From: Paenalcaligenes sp.
GTDB taxonomy: Bacteria; Pseudomonadota; Gammaproteobacteria; Burkholderiales; Burkholderiaceae_B
DNA length: 35,221 nucleotides
Reading direction: 5' to 3'
Assembly (NCBI GenBank): GCA_035303295.1
Contig: DATGRU010000040.1
Span: 1-35,221, forward strand
Positions 29,059-35,221 of this stretch are shown in pieces (the first letter of the stretch is position 1; every line of letters begins with the position of its first letter). The position numbers and the translations under genes are program-made. The notes beneath the pieces are model-generated. The model ran no database searches. It was given only the letters and a program-made list of their open reading frames with translations, and was not told the origin of the DNA.

Positions 29059-30840
29059 ATGAATTTTTACTCCTTACTGTTTAGTACCTTACTTCTTGGG
29101 CCGTTTTCTGCCGCGATGGCAGCCGCCACAACAGAGCGCTTGCCAGCAGCGCCGGAACAACCGGTAGAGCATATCTATTTGCGTAGCGGTCAGCTTCCTG
29201 AAGTAAGTCTAAGCGCCGATATCCTCTATCGTATCTTGATTGCCGAGATTGCCGCACAACAAGGTGATTTTGAAGTGGCGGGGCAAACCTTTTTAGGGCT
29301 GGCTTACGATACGCTTGATCCGCGTTTTGCTCAGATGGCGTTTCAGTACTCAATGGCCGATCGTAACGTATCGCGTGCATTGCGTGCAGCAAAAGAGTGG
29401 ACACTACTTGCTCCGAATGACCCTGAAGCCAAAGCGACTGCCTTGGCGCTTGAGGCATCTACCGGTAATACGGCTGGGTTGGCTCAAGCCTTGCATCAGC
29501 GTATTGCCAATGCACAAAATAAAGAGCAAGCGGTTATTCAAGCGTTAGGTATCGTCAGCAAGATGGTTGACCCGCGTCTGGCCTTCGATGTGCTGGAAGA
29601 TGCGTTGCCGTCTGATGTGAAAAATTTAACCATCGCCCATTTGGCTTTAGCCGATACAGCATGGGGGGCGGGGCGTAAAGAGCGTGCATTGCACGAAGCG
29701 CAGCAAGCCTTAGTGCAAGTGCCCGACTCCGAGGCGGCTGCACAGCGTGTGCTTGAATACGGGTTAGAAGTCGATGCCGATCAAGCTTTTATACAGGCCC
29801 AAGAGTTCGCGCGGCAGTATCCTGAAGCACGCAAATTGCATCTGTTGTTAATTAATCGCTTGGTGGATTATCAGCGCTACGACGAGGCGTTGTCGGTGGT
29901 GCGTCACATGCAGCGGCGTAACCCAGAAGACTTCGATCTGCTGTATACCGAAGCCGAGATCAATGCGCGGGCAGAGCGTTACGATCAAGCTAAAAATTTG
30001 CTCAATGAATTCATTAGCGTACAAACCCAGCGTCGACAAACGGTTAGTGATCAAGCTAGCAATGCCTTAGCGAATATATCCGATGCGCGTTTGGCCTTGG
30101 TGCAAATTGCCGAGCAACAAGGTGATTACGCTGCAGCCATCCAGCAATTAAATTTAATTGAAGAGCCTGCCTTACGTTTTCAGGCGGCAGTGCATCAGGC
30201 CGTGCTTGAGGCACGCTCCGGTGATATGCGTCGGGCGCAACGTACGTTAGACATGAGCGACCCCCAAGGGGTGCAGGAACAGGCTGTGGTGGCGTTAACG
30301 CGCGCTTCAATTTACCGACAGGCGGGTCGCACCGATGAAGCTGTGCAGGTATTAGAGCGGGCCGATCGCGCGTTGCCTGAAACGGCTGAAATTAAATACG
30401 ATTTGGCGATGCTGTACGAGCGCCAAGGCAATTATGATGGGTTCGAGCGCTTAATGCATGAAGTCATCGCGTTGCAACCTATGGATGCGAATGCGTATAA
30501 CGCCTTGGGTTATACCTATGCCGATCAAAATCGTAAGTTAGACGAAGCACAAGACTTACTCGAGCAAGCACTCGAGCTCGAGCCTGATAATCCGTATATT
30601 CTCGATAGCGTCGGTTGGTATTTGTATCGCATTGGCGATAATCAGGGGGCTTTAGAGTACTTGCTACGTTCATATGCGCAGTTGCCTGAGGCCGAAGTAG
30701 CGGCGCATTTGGGTGAGGTGTATTGGGCTAAAGGCCGAGAAGAAGAGGCCATGCAAGTCTGGGCTGAAGGCCTTGCTATTGATGCCGACAACCCTACAAT
30801 ACAGGAAACCCTTAAACGTCTGGGTGTGCAGTTGCCATGA
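29059..30840 (+). CDS. Exported tetratricopeptide-repeat protein
   Basis: Signal-peptide-like N-terminus; TPR repeats e.g. AYNALGYTYAD, PYILDSVGW, EVAAHLGEV; usual position before lolB; start uncertain (29041 or 29059). Confidence 0.88.
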   Translation: MNFYSLLFSTLLLGPFSAAMAAATTERLPAAPEQPVEHIYLRSGQLPEVSLSADILYRILIAEIAAQQGDFEVAGQTFLGLAYDTLDPRFAQMAFQYSMADRNVSRALRAAKEWTLLAPNDPEAKATALALEASTGNTAGLAQALHQRIANAQNKEQAVIQALGIVSKMVDPRLAFDVLEDALPSDVKNLTIAHLALADTAWGAGRKERALHEAQQALVQVPDSEAAAQRVLEYGLEVDADQAFIQAQEFARQYPEARKLHLLLINRLVDYQRYDEALSVVRHMQRRNPEDFDLLYTEAEINARAERYDQAKNLLNEFISVQTQRRQTVSDQASNALANISDARLALVQIAEQQGDYAAAIQQLNLIEEPALRFQAAVHQAVLEARSGDMRRAQRTLDMSDPQGVQEQAVVALTRASIYRQAGRTDEAVQVLERADRALPETAEIKYDLAMLYERQGNYDGFERLMHEVIALQPMDANAYNALGYTYADQNRKLDEAQDLLEQALELEPDNPYILDSVGWYLYRIGDNQGALEYLLRSYAQLPEAEVAAHLGEVYWAKGREEEAMQVWAEGLAIDADNPTIQETLKRLGVQLP

Positions 30841-31433
30841 CCTTATCCTCCCTTCGCCCTATGGGGCTATTACGCTATTTGCATATTTTTAGTGTGATGG
30901 TGTTATTTGCACTGGTGGCAGGGTGTAGCACTGTGCCAGTCGCGCCGTCGGGGCAAGCGGATACTGGCGAGTTCTCGCGCGCAGGCCGGTTTGCCATTAA
31001 CGTGCAATACCATAATGGCCAGCGGGATGCGGTGCAGGGTGGCTTCTCGTGGGTCGAGGTCGACCAGCAACTACAGTTAGATTTGCATAACCCGATGGGT
31101 AGTATTTTGGCCCGCGTGGTGGTTTCGCAGCATGGGGCTACGCTTTATCGTACTGATGGTAGTAGCGAGTATGCGCCCAGCCCCGATGCCTTGGTTGAGC
31201 AAGTGTTAGGCAGCCCCATCCCCGTATCTAAATTACGTTACTGGTTACGTGGTGTGGCGGCGGAAACAGCCCGCAACGTAGAGCTGGCTGATGCGCAACA
31301 ACCGGCGTCTTTTACGGATGACGGTTGGCGTGTTCGCCTGCAGCGATACGATGAGCAGGGGCCACGCTTATTAACCCTGAATCGCAATGATGCGCAGGGT
31401 GATATCAGTGTACGGTTAGTCATCGATAACTAA
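30837..31433 (+). CDS. lolB: Outer-membrane lipoprotein LolB
   Basis: Lipobox LVAGC, GRFA, GGFSW, NPMGS, IPVSKLRYWLRG, GWRV; lies between the TPR gene and ispE. Confidence 0.9.
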   Translation: MTLSSLRPMGLLRYLHIFSVMVLFALVAGCSTVPVAPSGQADTGEFSRAGRFAINVQYHNGQRDAVQGGFSWVEVDQQLQLDLHNPMGSILARVVVSQHGATLYRTDGSSEYAPSPDALVEQVLGSPIPVSKLRYWLRGVAAETARNVELADAQQPASFTDDGWRVRLQRYDEQGPRLLTLNRNDAQGDISVRLVIDN

Positions 31434-31439
31434 GCGCTT

Positions 31440-32390
31440 ATGACTGCAACTCAGCTTTATGATGTGCCGGCACCGGCCAAGTTAAATTTATTTCTACACG
31501 TTGTAGGTAGGCGAGCCGATGGTTATCACCTGCTGCAAACTGTATTTCGCTTTATCGATTTGTGCGATACGCTCAGCTTTGACCGGCGTAGCGATGGAAA
31601 AATTGTCCGTGAGCGTCCTAGCTTAGCTGGTTTGGCGGCAGCTGACGATCTTATCGTTAAGGCCGCCTTGTTATTACAGAAGGCAACAGGATGCACGTAT
31701 GGTGCACAAATCGAGTGCATTAAAGCGATACCGGCGGGTGGCGGATTGGGCGGGGGCTCTAGCGATGCGGCGACGACATTAATGGCCTTGAACCGTTTAT
31801 GGGGAACGGGCCTATCGCGCGCCGAGTTAATGCAACTTGGCTTGCAGCTTGGGGCCGATGTGCCCGTGTTTATATTTGGGGCGAATGCTTTTGCTCAGGG
31901 TGTAGGCGAGCAGCTGCATGAATTGGATTTACCGCCTAGCTACTATAATGTGCTGCAACCGGATGTTTTTGTGTCTACAGCCGACATTTTTTCCGACGAG
32001 GGCTTGACAAGGAATACACCCAGCGTCATAATTACGGACTTTACTCGTTGGCTAACAGATCGAACTGCACTAGCTTGTAGTCAAAAAAATAACGTGCTAG
32101 AATCACTGCCGTTATTCGGAAATAACGATCTGGAATCGATAGTCTGCAAAAAATATAAGTCAGTATCTGAAGTAATTTCTGGCTTGCAGGGTTTAGATTT
32201 ACATGCTAGAATGACGGGCTCGGGTTCATGTGTTTTTGTAGAGCACAGTCACTACGAAAATGCAGTAGTACAACACGAGCGCATCAGAAGTAAAATGCTT
32301 CAGGCCTCCAGTGAGGCGCGGAAGTTGGTCGCAGGGCATTGGTTAGTTGCCGGTCTTGATGATCACCCGCTACGAAACTGGTTGTCGTAA
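31440..32390 (+). CDS. ispE: 4-diphosphocytidyl-2-C-methyl-D-erythritol kinase
   Basis: 316 aa; [54 protein letters not shown]. Confidence 0.96.
   Translation: MTATQLYDVPAPAKLNLFLHVVGRRADGYHLLQTVFRFIDLCDTLSFDRRSDGKIVRERPSLAGLAAADDLIVKAALLLQKATGCTYGAQIECIKAIPAGGGLGGGSSDAATTLMALNRLWGTGLSRAELMQLGLQLGADVPVFIFGANAFAQGVGEQLHELDLPPSYYNVLQPDVFVSTADIFSDEGLTRNTPSVIITDFTRWLTDRTALACSQKNNVLESLPLFGNNDLESIVCKKYKSVSEVISGLQGLDLHARMTGSGSCVFVEHSHYENAVVQHERIRSKMLQASSEARKLVAGHWLVAGLDDHPLRNWLS
32004..32032 (+). promoter_or_regulatory. Sigma70 promoter internal to ispE
   Basis: TTGACA (32004-32009), 17-nt spacer, CATAAT (32027-32032). Confidence 0.7.
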
Positions 32391-32398
32391 TACGAATT

Positions 32399-32475
32399 TG
32401 GGGAATAGCCAAGCTGGTTAAGGCACCGGATTTTGATTCCGGCATGCGAAGGTTCGAATCCTTCTTCCCCAGCCA
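32399..32475 (+). tRNA. tRNA-Gln (anticodon TTG)
   Basis: Acceptor TGGGGAA/TTCCCCA plus G-CCA, anticodon arm CCGGA-ttTTGat-TCCGG, T-loop GGTTCGAATCC; usual ispE-tRNA-prs position. Confidence 0.97.
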
Positions 32476-32506
32476 CTTTCCAGACCTAATCAGTCTGCGG
32501 TAATGT

Positions 32507-32558
32507 AAAGCTGTTGAGTCGTAACCTGTAGGGCTGCGGCCAACAGCTTTGCTTTTTT
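32507..32558 (+). terminator. Hairpin plus U-tract between tRNA-Gln and prs (terminator or processing signal)
   Basis: AAAGCTGTTG...CAACAGCTTT followed by GCTTTTTT. Confidence 0.6.
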
Positions 32559-32584
32559 ATTGCATTTCTACATCCGCATACCTC

Positions 32585-33535
32585 ATGGCACACGACCGCT
32601 TCATGATTTTCACAGGCACAGCTAACCCTCGTTTGGCTGTCGATGTTGTTAATCACCTAGATATGTCTTTGGGAAAAATGACGGTAGGCCGTTTCTCCGA
32701 CGGCGAAGTCATGGTCGAAATTAATGAAAACGTTCGCGGACGCGACGTTTTTGTACTTCAGCCCACCTGTGCACCCACTAACGACAACCTCATGGAAATC
32801 ATGGTAATGGTTGATGCGTTGCGTCGTGCTTCGGCTGGACGTATTACCGCCGCCATTCCTTACTTTGGTTACGCTCGTCAAGATCGCCGCCCCCGTTCGG
32901 CGCGTGTTGCGATTTCGGCGAAAGTTGTAGCCAATATGTTACAAGTGGCCGGTGTAGACCGTGTCATGACCATGGATCTCCACGCGGATCAAATTCAGGG
33001 GTTTTTCGATATCCCTGTTGATAACATTTACGCCTCCCCCATTTTGTTGGGTGATATCTGGCGTTGTAACCACGAAAATTTAGTTGTGGTTTCGCCCGAT
33101 ATTGGTGGGGTTGTACGTGCACGAGCCTTAGCGAAACAGCTCGAGGCCGATCTGGCTATTATTGATAAGCGCCGTCCACGTGCCAACGTGTCCGAAGTGA
33201 TGAACATCATCGGTGACGTCAATGGTCGCACCTGCATCCTAATGGATGACATGGTGGATACTGCAGGTACGTTGTGTAAGGCAGCCGAAGCACTAAAAGA
33301 ACGCGGTGCTGGCGCGGTATACGCCTACTGTACACATCCGGTGCTGTCTGGCGAAGCCATCGAGCGTATTGCTAACTCACAATTAAACGAGCTGGTCGTT
33401 ACTGACACCATTCCATTGTCTGCCGAGGCGCGACAATGCGAGAAAATTCGTCAGCTATCCTGCGCTGCGTTGCTAGGTGAAACCATGCTGCGCATTTCTA
33501 ATGCAGAGTCGGTTAGCTCGCTATTCGTTGATTAA
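32585..33535 (+). CDS. prs: Ribose-phosphate pyrophosphokinase
   Basis: [50 protein letters not shown]; ATG 32585. Confidence 0.97.
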   Translation: MAHDRFMIFTGTANPRLAVDVVNHLDMSLGKMTVGRFSDGEVMVEINENVRGRDVFVLQPTCAPTNDNLMEIMVMVDALRRASAGRITAAIPYFGYARQDRRPRSARVAISAKVVANMLQVAGVDRVMTMDLHADQIQGFFDIPVDNIYASPILLGDIWRCNHENLVVVSPDIGGVVRARALAKQLEADLAIIDKRRPRANVSEVMNIIGDVNGRTCILMDDMVDTAGTLCKAAEALKERGAGAVYAYCTHPVLSGEAIERIANSQLNELVVTDTIPLSAEARQCEKIRQLSCAALLGETMLRISNAESVSSLFVD

Positions 33536-33542
33536 GTTTTTT

Positions 33543-33630
33543 AGGCTTACTGGTCGCGGTAAGCCTTAGTTGTATGCAAGAAAAAAACTTGCATCAGTAA
33601 CCGGCCTTCGGGTCACTTTGGAGTTAACCC
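33543..33630 (+). promoter_or_regulatory. Structured rplY leader (three hairpins)
   Basis: AGGCTTACT-GGTCGC-GGTAAGCCT, ATGCAAG-A7-CTTGCAT and GGCC-TTCG-GGTC, then the GGAG SD. Confidence 0.55.
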
Positions 33631-34260
33631 ATGAAATTCTCAGCTTCCACGCGTAGCGTACAGGGTTCGGGTGCGAGCCGCCGCCTGCGTCGCGCTGGTC
33701 AGGTTCCTGCCATTGTATATGGTGGCACAGCCGAACCAACACCTGTCACCCTAGATCACAACCAGATCTACCACGACTTACGTAAAGACGTTTTCCACGC
33801 GTCGATTCTTACCATGGAACTCGACGGCAAGCCTGTAAAAGTCTTGTTGCGTTCCGTGCAATGGCATCCTTACAAGCAGCAAGTTCTGCACGTGGATTTC
33901 CAGCGCGTATCCGCCACTGAAGCCATTACGACACGTGTACCTCTGGCATTCGTGAATGGTGACGAGGCGCCTGCTGTTAAACTGCACAACCAAGTTATCA
34001 GCCAAGTGCTGGTCGATTTGGAAATCACATGTTTGCCTGCTAACCTGCCTACTTCCATCGAAGTGGATCTTGGCCAAATGGAAGCTAACGCTACATTGAC
34101 CTTGTCTGCTGTTACGCTGCCTGAAGGCGTTGAGTACGCGGGTGCTAGCACCGATCCAGACCCTGTGTTGGCAGCTGCGCTGGCAACCGGTGGCGGTCAA
34201 GCTGCTGACGATGAAGAAGGTGCAGACGAAGCTGGTGACGAAAGCGCTAGCGAAGAGTAA
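33631..34260 (+). CDS. rplY: 50S ribosomal protein L25, long CTC form
   Basis: 209 aa; GASRRLRR, VPAIVYG, QWHPYK, HVDFQR, LPTSIEVDL, acidic tail. Confidence 0.96.
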   Translation: MKFSASTRSVQGSGASRRLRRAGQVPAIVYGGTAEPTPVTLDHNQIYHDLRKDVFHASILTMELDGKPVKVLLRSVQWHPYKQQVLHVDFQRVSATEAITTRVPLAFVNGDEAPAVKLHNQVISQVLVDLEITCLPANLPTSIEVDLGQMEANATLTLSAVTLPEGVEYAGASTDPDPVLAAALATGGGQAADDEEGADEAGDESASEE

Positions 34261-34319
34261 TACGTGCTTGGTGGGCGTTATTAGCGTAACGTTTGCAGCA
34301 TAGTTTTGCTTTGCATCTC

Positions 34320-34356
34320 AACCCCTGCCGGCTTATGCTGGCAGGGGTTTGTTTTT
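34320..34356 (+). terminator. Intrinsic terminator after rplY
   Basis: AACCCCTGCCGGC-TTAT-GCTGGCAGGGGTT followed by TGTTTTT. Confidence 0.85.
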
Positions 34357-34391
34357 GTGTGGCGGTAGCGTCCAAAAAGAATGTGGCTTTT

Positions 34392-34988
34392 ATGAGTAAA
34401 CCGATACGTTTGATTGTGGGGTTAGGTAACCCCGGTCCAGAGTACGAATTAACACGTCATAATGCCGGTTTTTGGCTGGCAGATATGTTTGCTGACCAGT
34501 TGGGTGCCCGTTTTACATTGGAAAAAAACTTTTCCGCTTGGGTGGCGAAAGGGCGCTTTGATGGTGAAGCGGTGATTATCGCTAAGCCCACTACCTTTAT
34601 GAATCGCTCTGGTATGGCGGTGGGTGCGTTGGCTCGCTTTTATAAGCTTGAAGCCGAGCAAGTTGTTGTGCTGCATGACGAGCTTGATTTATTGCCAGGA
34701 CAAGTAAAGATTAAGTTTGGTGGAGGTCATGCGGGTCATAATGGCTTACGTGATATTCATCAGGTGCTAGGCGGCCCGAATTATTGGCGTTTGCGCTTGG
34801 GTATTGGGCATCCACGTACCTTGGGTTTGGCGCAACAGGTGGCCGCTTTTGTGCTTAACGCGCCGCGTAAGGTCGAGCTAGAAGAAATTAATGAAGCCCT
34901 AGCACGTTGTGATCGTATTCTGCCCGACTTGTTGAGTGGTGATACCGAAGCGGTAGCACGTGAATTACACGTGGCTAATCGGGTGTAA
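34392..34988 (+). CDS. pth: Peptidyl-tRNA hydrolase
   Basis: [49 protein letters not shown]; start moved to ATG 34392. Confidence 0.96.
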   Translation: MSKPIRLIVGLGNPGPEYELTRHNAGFWLADMFADQLGARFTLEKNFSAWVAKGRFDGEAVIIAKPTTFMNRSGMAVGALARFYKLEAEQVVVLHDELDLLPGQVKIKFGGGHAGHNGLRDIHQVLGGPNYWRLRLGIGHPRTLGLAQQVAAFVLNAPRKVELEEINEALARCDRILPDLLSGDTEAVARELHVANRV

Positions 34989-34992
34989 TAGC

Positions 34993-35221
34993 GTGGAAAA
35001 GCGAGTGTATTTTCGGGAAGAGTTGCGAGATTTTTTTCGTTTCTTGCGTAAACCCACGTTTAGTCGCTATCCGGTAGAGCGTGAAGCAGCCAATTCCGTT
35101 TTTGCTGATTGGTTTGGTGGGCTAGACGTCGGCCGTGTGTTGATGTGGGCTCTGTTTTTGTGGGGCATTAATCTGGCCGTATTTGGCCCTTTGGCTGCCA
35201 TGGCAGCGGGTGCGGCCGGGG
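34993..35221 (+). CDS. Membrane protein, truncated by the window end (possibly CPBP/Abi-type intramembrane protease)
   Basis: GTG 34993 open to the end: MEKRVYFREELRDFFRFLRKP...LMWALFLWGINLAVFGPLAAMAAG; family guess rests on context only, catalytic motifs lie outside the window. Confidence 0.6.
   Translation, partial: MEKRVYFREELRDFFRFLRKPTFSRYPVEREAANSVFADWFGGLDVGRVLMWALFLWGINLAVFGPLAAMAAGAAG

Noticed and set aside
32399-32475. tRNA-Gln as an integration site for an island
   Set aside because: No integrase, no duplicated tRNA 3' end seen, and ispE-tRNA-prs synteny is intact

Overview
Chromosomal window from a betaproteobacterium, probably Alcaligenaceae (inferred from gene order and protein style). 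It has three blocks. (1) 139-15445 is a purine/glyoxylate catabolic region. A LysR gene diverges from gcl-hyi-glxR-glycerate kinase-glcG-pyk, a UacT-like NCS2 permease follows, and a second LysR diverges from uraD, 8-oxoguanine deaminase, allA, a class II aldolase and a 4-OT-family tautomerase. No uricase, HIU hydrolase, allantoinase or allantoicase is present in the window. (2) 15637-25107 is a 7-gene glycan locus (WecA/MraY-type transferase, WbpO/TviB, WbpP/TviC, MurJ-like flippase, two GT4 enzymes and a fused double GT4) with no polymerase or ligase, convergent on pgm. (3) 25207-35221 is housekeeping: pgm, FAD oxidoreductase, mutM, TPR protein, lolB, ispE, tRNA-Gln(UUG), prs, rplY, pth and a truncated membrane protein. 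I saw no mobile elements or CRISPR arrays. The best leads are the unassigned aldolase/tautomerase pair coupled to allA, a shared 24-bp palindromic operator upstream of uraD and the permease, a structured permease leader with an anti-SD loop, the polymerase-less glycan locus with its GT fusion, and a near-consensus sigma70 promoter inside ispE. All calls were made by eye, with no searches run.
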